DNA of 64,000 bases from NCBI GenBank assembly GCA_963815095.1, contig CAWFFH010000004.1, forward strand, positions 192,001-256,000, given 5' to 3'. Positions 10,125-19,295 of the stretch are shown piece by piece; the first letter of the stretch is position 1; each line of letters opens with the position of its first letter. Source of the DNA: Candidatus Bathyarchaeota archaeon (GTDB lineage Archaea > Thermoproteota > Bathyarchaeia > Bathyarchaeales > Bathycorpusculaceae). A program made the position numbers and the translations under genes. Under the pieces are notes generated by a model. That model was not told where the DNA came from. It ran no database searches and was given only the letters and a program-made list of their open reading frames with translations.

Positions 10125-10529
10125 TTAGACTAAGGTGCTTTCTTCCTCTTGCTTAATTGACTCTTTGAGTTCGCTTATGCGTTCAGTAACAAGCTTCAAT
10201 AGTTCCTCTCTAAGTTGCTCCCAATGCAGACCACTCTTTATCAGGCACATTCTGTTGCCTAGGACTTCATCTCCAAGAGTCTTAGTTATCCAAAACTGGA
10301 AGTCTCCTCGTGGATAATGAAACTCAACAGAAACAACATCAACGACATCCAATTTCTCAGCAAAATCCGTCAAACTTGCAGCAAACACATTTGTGTACAC
10401 CCCTACGTTGGTGCAGAATTGAAAGCTGTTTTCATAAGGCACTGTGCGCAGAATTTTTGAGACATCAACGCTTTCTAAAACCCGACTCATGACATTTATC
10501 GCCCAAATACTACAATCATCAAAAGCCAT
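10125..10529 (-). CDS. DUF5752-like protein
   Basis: ILRTVP...F.F....G.YT...A.SL..F...L......S.EFH..RGDFQ.WI...LGD. Confidence 0.75.
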   Translation of the reverse strand: MAFDDCSIWAINVMSRVLESVDVSKILRTVPYENSFQFCTNVGVYTNVFAASLTDFAEKLDVVDVVSVEFHYPRGDFQFWITKTLGDEVLGNRMCLIKSGLHWEQLREELLKLVTERISELKESIKQEEESTLV

Positions 10530-10733
10530 AAACTTTTGTTACAGTATTATATCAGTCACATTGTCTTATATTCGATCTAATTTTTTCTATCGTATTTGTT
10601 TGTTTCATCCCTCAAATGACATAACAATTTGTTTGAAAAAATATTCTCCTAGGAACGGAAGTGTCAGTGCTTTTCAGCGGTCTTGCCTATTCTGCATTGA
10701 AGTAATTGAAGCAAAGAATACTGTGCAAAAGCC

Positions 10734-11894
10734 CTAAATTTGATGGATTTTTCCCTTGAAGCCGTTTGCAGTCCTATGAACTAAAAGTGGACTAAACTCC
10801 ATATGGGTAAGCCATCGATACCACGCTATTTCTCGCCCCGAGGAAGAAACGAATCTGTTCGCGATATGTCTAGCCTGCGCTTGGCGGTTAGCAATTTCTG
10901 GCTTCAAAATGGATTCGTAAAGTTCAAGACTTTCTTGTATATCGCTGCTCTTTTTCAATTGATTAGCAAGAATAAAGGCTTCTAGCATTGCCATTGAGGC
11001 CCCTTGTCCGGCAAGAGGGCTCAGACATGCGCATGCATCGCCAATAAGGGCCACTCGTTTTTTGGTCCACTTTGGCATTTGAATTTGTTTCATTATATCA
11101 AAAAAACCTATGCTTTCGTTAGCTGTGCTTTGAATTACTTCTTGGTTTATCCATTTTGAGCTGACGTAAGTGTCTAATAAAATACTTTTGTAGTCTTCTT
11201 TGGGAACCCTCTCAATTTTGTTGTAGGGGAACAGAAAAACGCAGTCCATTGTCTTTTCGGAAACGGGATAATAAATCGCTGAGCGGTTGGGTTCCTGATA
11301 GATCTTTATACTGTTGCCAATTTCATGTCGATATGTAGTTTGAAATGCAGCCACACCATAACCTAAATAGTGGCTGAATTGATGTTCCTCGCCAAAAACT
11401 ATTTTTCTGACACCCGAATGAATGCCATCTGCACCTACAACCAGATCGTACGAGTTTACATCGCCATTTTGAAATGAAACACTTACAGAAGCGGGTGTTT
11501 CATTGATCTCAGCAACTTGTGTTTGGTATCTAACATTAACTGCGAGTTCATTTGAGCGTTCAAGCAGAACATGTTCGAGGTCAGGTCTTCTAAGGTAAGT
11601 ATATTCGTGTTCAAAACCTTTTTTGACAACTTCAAGTTTCACATTGAAGTATGATTTTCCTGAGCTGTCAACATATTGAACTTCTTGAGCAGGGTATCGA
11701 ACTTCTTTGAGCACATTCAAAATTTTCATTTTTTCGGCAACTTTCCAGCCATTTCCAAAAAAAGTGATCATATAACCGCTTTTACGTTCGCCCTCTGACT
11801 TCTCAACAACATCTACGTGCCAACCAGAATCCGCAAGACAACAAGCTAAGGTTAAACCCGCTATACCCGCGCCAGAAATCAAAACCCGTTTCAT
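10734..11894 (-). CDS. FAD-dependent monooxygenase/oxidoreductase
   Basis: GAGIAG, DLVVGADGIHS and LIGDA...PLAGQG motifs. Confidence 0.9.
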   Translation of the reverse strand: MKRVLISGAGIAGLTLACCLADSGWHVDVVEKSEGERKSGYMITFFGNGWKVAEKMKILNVLKEVRYPAQEVQYVDSSGKSYFNVKLEVVKKGFEHEYTYLRRPDLEHVLLERSNELAVNVRYQTQVAEINETPASVSVSFQNGDVNSYDLVVGADGIHSGVRKIVFGEEHQFSHYLGYGVAAFQTTYRHEIGNSIKIYQEPNRSAIYYPVSEKTMDCVFLFPYNKIERVPKEDYKSILLDTYVSSKWINQEVIQSTANESIGFFDIMKQIQMPKWTKKRVALIGDACACLSPLAGQGASMAMLEAFILANQLKKSSDIQESLELYESILKPEIANRQAQARHIANRFVSSSGREIAWYRWLTHMEFSPLLVHRTANGFKGKIHQI

Positions 11895-12025
11895 GGTTAA
11901 TGCTTAATTTAACCATCATATAAAAGCGAATTTATGAAAAGTCTTTGTTAAAAGTTGTCTTAGAATTACTTGTATCTGAAAGTCACAAAACATAAAAACA
12001 TCTTTCATTAAGAAAGCCTCTATAG

Positions 12026-12370
12026 GTGGCCAAAATGAACTTCTGTCCACAATGCGGTGCGTTGCTCCAAGTAGTCAAGAAGGGAACTCCTTTACTTAGG
12101 TGTACTAAATGTAAATACCAAAAACCTCTAGACAAGGAAAAAACAAAACAAAAAATGAACATCCACTGTGGGAAATCAGCGGAAATCGCGGTTATCGACA
12201 AAAAAGCCGCATTGTTAAGACAACTTCCAGTAATTAACGTGGTCTGTCAAACATGCGGCCATACCAAAAGTGAAACTTGGAACGTGGAAGTAGCAGACGA
12301 AACAATCCATTCAACGGTTACCTTCTTTAGATGCACAAAATGTGGAACCACAAAAAGAGAAACCGGATGA
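12026..12370 (+). CDS. transcription factor S (TFS/RpoM)-like paralog
   Basis: N-terminal MNFCPQCG...CTKC ribbon and C-terminal CQTCG...ADE...TFFRCTKCG ribbon. Confidence 0.75.
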   Translation: MAKMNFCPQCGALLQVVKKGTPLLRCTKCKYQKPLDKEKTKQKMNIHCGKSAEIAVIDKKAALLRQLPVINVVCQTCGHTKSETWNVEVADETIHSTVTFFRCTKCGTTKRETG

Positions 12371-13091
12371 CACAAATATTAAACTTGGAAGAACAACAGT
12401 AAACCATTTTGCGACGTTCTTGTTCTTTCACCTCTAACTATCTTTCAAGAGAAGAAGAAGGTTGGTGCAGGGCGCTTCTTCTTCTATCAATAGAAAGTTG
12501 CTGTTCATTACTCTAAGATGCCATCATATGGTTTTGTAAGATTCAGGTTTGTTGATCACTCAGTTAGAATTCGTCAATAAAATTTTGAAAGTATGGGGTA
12601 AGAATTTTTTCTGTATAGACGATCTTTGCAGTCTAGGTTTATTTCTGGTTGTTGCAACCGTTGTGCAGAATTTAGTTGCAGCAACAACAACAACGTCTCT
12701 TGCACCAAGAGGCTCAGACTAATGCTTTAATTTGGGTTAGTTTTGATAGATGATGCTGCTGTTGTGCAAAATCGTTGTCATATCATCATCATTATCATCA
12801 TCTTCTCTAGCTCCTGATATCAATAATTAACTGTTAACTCTGAGTTCTAGAAGTCTTTGAAAGAAGAAGGAGACTTTCCGTAATAACAGCCGTTCTTCTT
12901 CTAGCAAATAGTGGGCATGAAATAGAAGAGCCCCTAATCATTTTGTCGCCCTACGAATTCATCAGAGAGCGAATGTCTGAAACAAAAATAATGTTAGATT
13001 GTATTCGTACTAAATATTTTAGTAAAACTTTTAAGCATCTGTATATATCAAGACATACTATACAATACAAAAATAAGGAAGTGACAAGATC

Positions 13092-13214
13092 ATGGATCGA
13101 GCTTATACAATACCATGCCAGAAAACAAACTTTAGCAGCTGTGAAGGATGCCCAAAAGAAGACTGCCACGCAAAGCATTATCTAAGCATGGAACCTCAAC
13201 AAATTCACGCTTAA
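13092..13214 (+). CDS. 40-aa Cys-rich microprotein
   Basis: MDRAYTIPCQKTNFSSCEGCPKEDCHAKHYLSMEPQQIHA; AAGGAAGTGA upstream. Confidence 0.5.
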   Translation: MDRAYTIPCQKTNFSSCEGCPKEDCHAKHYLSMEPQQIHA

Positions 13215-13501
13215 ATCAAAAAAAGATTAATTGAATTCCAAAATAACCCAAAGAAATTATGGCTTTTAATGCTTTAACTTAAAGTCATATGATCTTATTT
13301 TTTTCTTGACTCAATTTTAGATTACGGAAGTAATTCGTTGATAAGTTTAGCAGCTAATTTTGGGATAAGGGTTCTCTCTTCCAATTTTTCTTTATCAAGT
13401 TTAGCTCAAAGCAAAATCCCGCTCAAATCTAATTTTTCTATTAAAAATAGAGCAAAGACACAAAGTAAGTGAAAATTTAGAATAAGTGACTCCTTTTGCG
13501 A

Positions 13502-14152
13502 CTACAAGCATTTAAGGTAATTAATCAGTTGTTGAAATTCTCCGGTCTTTTTCATCTGTTTCTTCTGAAGCATTTCTACTATGTTGGACTTGATGTAGAG
13601 TCCACCGGGAGGATACAGCTGACGGGCAACTAAGGTAAAGACTTTGCAATTTTTTTTTCCTATTACTTCTTCTTTAAATCGCCATTTGAAAGGGGTACGA
13701 GGTGGAAGCAACGTTTCAGAAAGAACGATAACAGCAAAATTCTTCACGTAGGCAGTTGCTTCAATTTCATTGAACTTAAGACGAAGTACTTTGTTTGGGT
13801 CTTCTCGCTTTCCGTTTTCCAAAGTTTTGCCCGCGACGGCGTTGTTTTTAATCTCAATTACCATCTTCACATTGTCAGAAGTGAAAGTTTTTTGGTTTGG
13901 GTCAACACCGTCTTTTAAAACAAGAAGGTCATTTTTGATTTTAGATCCCTGAATCGTGACGTCAGGAATCAACGAAAGGTTGAGATTTCTTTTAATGAGG
14001 TGATTGCGAATGATTATTTCCGTTGGATTTCCGGATTTCTCACGGGCTGTTTTGTCGATTTTTTGTTTCTCAAATTCTTCACAGACCTCGATTAACATTA
14101 CATATTCTTCTTCGCTCTCTGCTAAGAGTGGGTTCGTGGAATAATTGGGCAT
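13502..14152 (-). CDS. PD-(D/E)xK restriction-endonuclease-like protein
   Basis: E.IIR.HL...KNDLLVLK...MVIEIKN arrangement; start taken at MPNYS (ORF extends to 14275). Confidence 0.5.
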   Translation of the reverse strand: MPNYSTNPLLAESEEEYVMLIEVCEEFEKQKIDKTAREKSGNPTEIIIRNHLIKRNLNLSLIPDVTIQGSKIKNDLLVLKDGVDPNQKTFTSDNVKMVIEIKNNAVAGKTLENGKREDPNKVLRLKFNEIEATAYVKNFAVIVLSETLLPPRTPFKWRFKEEVIGKKNCKVFTLVARQLYPPGGLYIKSNIVEMLQKKQMKKTGEFQQLINYLKCL

Positions 14153-14521
14153 GAATAGAATATTGTGTCTGTAACCTAAAAAACTAATGACCCTCTTCTT
14201 TGCAAATTTCACAATAACGATTCTGGAAGTTTTCCTACTAGCTAAAGGCAAAAAGGGATAAGCATGTAAACACATTTGTTAGTGAAGGAGGGAATAAAAA
14301 TAAAAAGCAAGACTAAAAACAAGCCGAAAAACGAAAAGGTAACAAACCAAACTAAAAACAAAGGCAAGAAGGAATGGAAGCAGAGATAAAAAATTGGCAA
14401 TGTTACCCCTAATCTTTAGGGGATTTGAACCGTGTGGGTTCAAGCCACAATTTTTAAAGAGTAAGAAATTGTCAATAAGAAATTATAGAATTTTGTATTT
14501 TTCTAAAACTTGAATATGATG

Positions 14522-14599
14522 TGGTGGACCGGGCCGGATTCGGACCGGCGACCTTCTGCACGTCAAGCAGATGTCCTAACCAGGCTAGACGACCGGTCC
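14522..14599 (-). tRNA. tRNA-Val(GAC), CCA encoded
   Basis: GGACCGG/CCGGTCC acceptor stem; TCTGC-TTGACGT-GCAGA anticodon arm; T-arm GCCGG-TCCGAAT-CCGGC. Confidence 0.95.
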
Positions 14600-14721
14600 A
14601 CACATTTGCATTGCATTATTTGATTTTCCAGCTGGTATTAAACCATTTCCTAACTGCTTGCTTATTATGACAGCAGTTTTAAGGCGCCTCTCACATATTG
14701 CATGGGATTGGGTAAGAGGCT

Positions 14722-15972
14722 ATGGCTGCAACGGACGAAGTGCTTGCGTTACTAGTAGAATTCATAAACAAAAACAGTAATGTTGTTGACGCCCAATGGG
14801 ATCGACGCATGAGCCCACGGCTACTCTTTAATCCATATTCGGAAAAGTTCGAAGAAAGAAAAATGGCCGCCCATTACTTCCTGCTTGCATCTTCAATCCT
14901 CGACGACACAATTGTTGGGTACCCAGAAAACGCACGTATGCTCCTAGTTTACTTGCATGAAGCGTTTGGTAGCACGTTCTTCGAAATCAAAAAGGCTCAT
15001 CTTTTCGAAGAAGAAATTGTAAAAGCCGACTTTTACCACGACCTTGGTCCCAACAAAAAAGCTGCCTCAGAAATCTTGGCCCAAATCAATCTGTTCGTTA
15101 AAGAAAAAGCAGAAAGAAACCTCCTAAAATACGCTCAAGAATTCACTAAACCCAAAGACTTCATCGAAAACATAGCACATAACATTACTGCCCTTAGCGG
15201 ACCCCACAAGGACCGTGCATGGATTTACATGCGATGGATGGTTCGTCCCCAACCTGACCTCCAAATCTACGACCATCTGCTGCCCGAAGACCTCTATGTA
15301 CCCCTAACAAAGGAGAACGCTAACGTCGCCGCAAGTTTAGGTTTGATAAATTCGGCTTCGCCCTCACTTTGGAGGGACGAAAAAACCGCTGCTGAAGCCC
15401 GCCAAAAGCTAACTGGTTTTGCTAAGCGCCTTTTCCCTCAGGATCCTGCTAAGGTTGATTACCCCTTTTTCCTGTTGGGAAAATGGCTTAAACAAAAAAC
15501 CCTCAACCGATACACCCTCAAAACCGCCCTCGATTTCCTTGAGCGGATGCAAAAAATTACCGGTCAATCCCAAGCGGACTATCATAAGATGAGCCGCTAC
15601 AAAAGCGGATGGGAAAAGAAAACCGCTCTTACTCTTTTGCGGATGCACATTCCTTACGGTTACGAAACGATCAGTTTTCCTTTGCCTGATGAAGTTTATA
15701 CCCCTGACTTTATTTTAGAAAAGACGGTTAATGGACGAAAGATAGTTCTTGAACCCCACTTTGAAATGACTAAAAAACAAGCACGCAAGTACTCGCTCTT
15801 CAAAAGAACTTACGGGCATAAATTCCTCCTGATCCTTATTTTGAAAAACGATTTAATACCTCTCTACCATCAACGCAAAATCTTAACCGACGACGTCTGT
15901 GATGATTTTTGGCCGATTGAGTTTATTCATTTGTTGGCGGAGAAGATTAGACGTGGAACCTACGGGCAATAA
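14722..15972 (+). CDS. DUF2400/HhH-GPD-like domain fused to T7-endonuclease-I-like PD-(D/E)xK nuclease
   Basis: RAWIYMRWMVR...LYVPL...LGL...FPQDPAKVDYPFF then YKSGWE...YGYE...YTPDFIL...VLEPH. Confidence 0.65.
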   Translation: MAATDEVLALLVEFINKNSNVVDAQWDRRMSPRLLFNPYSEKFEERKMAAHYFLLASSILDDTIVGYPENARMLLVYLHEAFGSTFFEIKKAHLFEEEIVKADFYHDLGPNKKAASEILAQINLFVKEKAERNLLKYAQEFTKPKDFIENIAHNITALSGPHKDRAWIYMRWMVRPQPDLQIYDHLLPEDLYVPLTKENANVAASLGLINSASPSLWRDEKTAAEARQKLTGFAKRLFPQDPAKVDYPFFLLGKWLKQKTLNRYTLKTALDFLERMQKITGQSQADYHKMSRYKSGWEKKTALTLLRMHIPYGYETISFPLPDEVYTPDFILEKTVNGRKIVLEPHFEMTKKQARKYSLFKRTYGHKFLLILILKNDLIPLYHQRKILTDDVCDDFWPIEFIHLLAEKIRRGTYGQ

Positions 15973-16011
15973 ATTTGTTAATTAAGTTGCAAACCCTCTT
16001 AGAAGTGATTT

Positions 16012-16383
16012 GTGATGGCGCAGGACAACTTTAAACCCTATGTGGTTTGGCTTATTCTAAGTGGTAAACCCGAACAAGCCATAGATTTGTTAGCGAAAAA
16101 CTACAAGGTAACCGTTCCTGACCTAAAAGTTGGGTTGCCTAAAGGACACAAAATAACTGCATACGGCTGCTACATTTCAAAAAACCAGACTATCACTGTC
16201 CAAAACAGCGACGTGTTAATCAACCCATTTGTAATCCTTCATGAATTCTATCATCATTTACGAAGTAAATCTGTGGATAGACTGCATAAAGGCACCGAGC
16301 GAGGTGCTGACAAATTCGCTTTAGATTTCATCATGGAATATCAATTAGCCGCCGCCAAAAAAGCCTTGGATCACATTCAATAA
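16012..16383 (+). CDS. small HExxH zinc-metallopeptidase-like protein
   Basis: ILHEFYHH...E..ADKFA. Confidence 0.7.
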   Translation: MMAQDNFKPYVVWLILSGKPEQAIDLLAKNYKVTVPDLKVGLPKGHKITAYGCYISKNQTITVQNSDVLINPFVILHEFYHHLRSKSVDRLHKGTERGADKFALDFIMEYQLAAAKKALDHIQ

Positions 16384-16814
16384 AAATCTTCATCATCTTT
16401 GCATTTGATGGGCTCAGTTATTTCTATAGGTAACCTGTCGCCGTTTGAATCGTAAGCTGCAATGCAGCCTTTCCCCTCATAAGGAGGACCCACAATCAAT
16501 AAGACTCGCCCAAAAAAGTAGTTCAAATCTACGTGACTTGGCGAAATGTTGCCAGACGGATGGGAATGCACTGTTCCAACCAACGTATAATCACCCGAAA
16601 ACATGTAAGGGTTAAAATGGACAGCGCTTTCTTCGTGATTGGCAAATGGCGCTAAAACTAAATCGGTGATGCTAATGATGCATTTCTTTTTTTTGCCTCG
16701 CAGCAGCAAGAAACTTTCGCGTGGATAGAGTTCCTTGGCGCCTGCGTAGACAGCGTCTAATATGTTGCTCGGAATATGTATAGTTACTTCTGCGTTCATG
16801 CAATCAACGGTCAT
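16377..16814 (-). CDS. JAMM/MPN+ metalloprotease (Mov34 family)
   Basis: YPRE...GTVHSHPSGNISPSHVD JAMM motif. Confidence 0.9.
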   Translation of the reverse strand: MTVDCMNAEVTIHIPSNILDAVYAGAKELYPRESFLLLRGKKKKCIISITDLVLAPFANHEESAVHFNPYMFSGDYTLVGTVHSHPSGNISPSHVDLNYFFGRVLLIVGPPYEGKGCIAAYDSNGDRLPIEITEPIKCKDDEDFY

Positions 16815-17054
16815 GTTTGAGAGTTAAGTACTTTATCATTATCACCCTTCTGCATCTCCCGCATAATATCCCCTTTTCTTTTTTTTCTAATAACAATAAG
16901 GAGGACTTTCTGTGAAGCAGAAAGAAATTGAGGCTGCCTCCATAACGATGCAAATTTTCCTTACAGGCATGGCTCTCAATTTTAACGCTACCTATCATGA
17001 ACTTGAAGAAATCACTAAAAGAGCTTTACTTGAAATCCAAACGGAGGCCTAATA

Positions 17055-17342
17055 ATGGCTGAAGAATTTCCTCTCTTTAATTTTTGTTCAAACAGACAAA
17101 ATGATGGGTTGCCATTTTGGAAACCTAAAGAAAATACGACAGAAAGAAAGGCAAATGATTTTGTGAGTACTTCTTTAACGGCTGGTTGCTGTGAGTTTAT
17201 CGGTGAATTAATAACAACTGGCAGTGATGGCAGATATTGTTCTGATGGCACTTTCTGTCCAGCAAGAATCTATACTGACGCCAAAGTTTTCGAAGATTGC
17301 CCAACCCGAAAAGATAAACTGAAAACAAAACAGGGAACTTAG
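17055..17342 (+). CDS. Cys-rich hypothetical proviral protein
   Basis: GGAGG RBS; six Cys in 95 aa. Confidence 0.55.
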   Translation: MAEEFPLFNFCSNRQNDGLPFWKPKENTTERKANDFVSTSLTAGCCEFIGELITTGSDGRYCSDGTFCPARIYTDAKVFEDCPTRKDKLKTKQGT

Positions 17343-17355
17343 GAGATCATGTTTT

Positions 17356-18380
17356 TTGGCTGCCTCACCTGATAACAACGCAAACACCTCTAGCAACACC
17401 AGTTTAAACAGTTTAGCGGATAAGCACTGGGGCATCGAAGCGCGGGTCTTTCATGCTATTGATGAATCAGAAATTGAGCTACGACCCATAGAGATTGCCC
17501 GCAAAATCCATGCGCCACACAAACCAACACGTGCCCAATGCACAACGGTTCGTGTGGTCCTAAGAAAACTCTTAGCGAAAGGGCTTAATCCTGCAGCCCT
17601 ATGTTGGAAGTTACTGCAACAAAATCACCTACGGGCTGCGGTTCGTACCACTATGCGTACACAACATAAGCTTACGCAGCTTTGTTTGTCAGGATGTGAA
17701 GTCTTGGGAAAAAGACGAGTTTGTGGGCGGCGTGAAGATTCATGTTTGCTTTGGAGCTGAGAGGCGTAAGATTTCTGGGTATATCGCTTGTGACGTTGGC
17801 GGTATGAGTCATGATGCTTGTCTATTGGCGCTTAACCGTTGGTTTGATATTGTCCAGGATCATCTTGGGCTGGCAACTAAACGACTTGCAGATTTTAACT
17901 TTTGAATGCAACAAAGACTACCACGGCGTACGCATCGATGGCGTTCAATGTGTAACTAAAACGGATCTCTTTGGAATGGTTGAGCGGGTGTACCAGAAAG
18001 AAGAGAACTTGGTTCGCAAAGAACGCAAGACTGTTCGCCCGGTGAGCGTGAATAAGTTTGAAGAGGCCATCGCAATGGGTTTTGCTGGCGTTGACAAGAC
18101 TCAGGAGCATTTTGAGTTAAAGGAAGAAGTTAAGCGAGTTAGTGAAGCTTTGAAGTTTAATAATTCTCGATCGCTGTCGATGGAGCGTTTGCTCGAGGCA
18201 ATTTACAAAAGCAAGGTCGCTGACGTCGAGAAAGTGAAAGGTCTTGAGGGTGAAGTTGCAGCCCTTAGAAGCGACATAGGCAAGCTGACTGCGGCGTTAA
18301 CTCAGGTTTTCAATTTTGAAGGTGAGCCCGATCGGGATCAAGCGGATGCGGGTGCGGGAGGTAAAGAGTATGTCTCTTAA
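17356..18380 (+). CDS. wHTH protein with C-terminal coiled coil, candidate replication protein (2 frameshifts)
   Basis: Joins ORFs 17356, 17696 and 17811 via indels near 17586 and 17868; HTH ELRPIEIARKI...VRVVLRKLLAKGL. Confidence 0.5.
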
Positions 18381-18646
18381 GGTTACTGCGAACATTCATG
18401 CGGTGCAGTTAGAGCTGCTGGTGGGGCGAGTAATGCTAAGCCTACATTCTAGCCTTTGCATTGGGCTGTGTCCAGAGCTTCTGTACAACCGTCATAGTGT
18501 TCGCAGTAACTGGTTTTTGGAAGTTAAAAGGTGTTCAAAGGCACTTTTGGCACCTATTGGAAGGTATGGTAAAAGTCCATGCTTTTCAGAAGTTGCTTTT
18601 CTAAGGTTGCTTGGTCCTGATTACCCATTGTTAGTTTTACCATCTG

Positions 18647-19168
18647 TTGATGGACGAAAAAACATGGAGTGTGCACTCTGAAATGGAAGAAACGAAAAAC
18701 CCTGTTCAAAACCAGAAAAAGAGGCGAACTCAAAGTGATAAGATAGGCCGTTTGAAGTATAACCAGCAGCTCCTCAAACAGACTTTAGCCGAAGTTGAAG
18801 AGGTCAAGCTTATGCTTCGTACGATTTTTGCTGGTTTGAAGGGGTCTTTCAATTTTGAGCAATCCCTCATTGAGCGTGTTGCTTGCGTAGATGAGGTAGA
18901 TCGGGAGATTCTTCATGCTCTTTTTGAGGCTGGTTCTTCTGGGTTACTGCCTAAGGATTTGGCTGCTAAGCTTGAAAGATTTAAGGTTAACAGGCATAAG
19001 GTAAGCAGGAGACTTCTAAGAATGAATAAGCATCTGGAAGAAGAGTTTGGTGAAAATGTAGTAGAAAAACGAGGGTGGCATTGGGCGCTTACAAGCTTTG
19101 CTTCTGAAGCCTGGGGCAAAAGCAAAAGAGAAGTTGAAGAAGACCTAACTAAGTGTTGGAATGAATAA
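18647..19168 (+). CDS. wHTH DNA-binding protein
   Basis: DEVDREILHAL...GLLPKDLAAKL...HKVSRRL.RMN...VEKRGWHWALT. Confidence 0.65.
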   Translation: MMDEKTWSVHSEMEETKNPVQNQKKRRTQSDKIGRLKYNQQLLKQTLAEVEEVKLMLRTIFAGLKGSFNFEQSLIERVACVDEVDREILHALFEAGSSGLLPKDLAAKLERFKVNRHKVSRRLLRMNKHLEEEFGENVVEKRGWHWALTSFASEAWGKSKREVEEDLTKCWNE

Positions 19169-19295
19169 TCAAGATAGAATATTCCTTTTTGCATTAATAT
19201 CTATTTTTTTTCTGTGCAGTTGGTCACGTTTACTCCGAAATAACTTTAAACCATACTTGTATTAAATAACCAAAGATTTACTCAATTTATTTGCT

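Noticed and set aside
14406-14448. T-arm-like fragments (GGTTCAAATCCCC on minus, GTGGGTTCAAGCCAC on plus) as att scars
   Set aside because: Too short, and they do not match tRNA-Val or tRNA-Ser in this window
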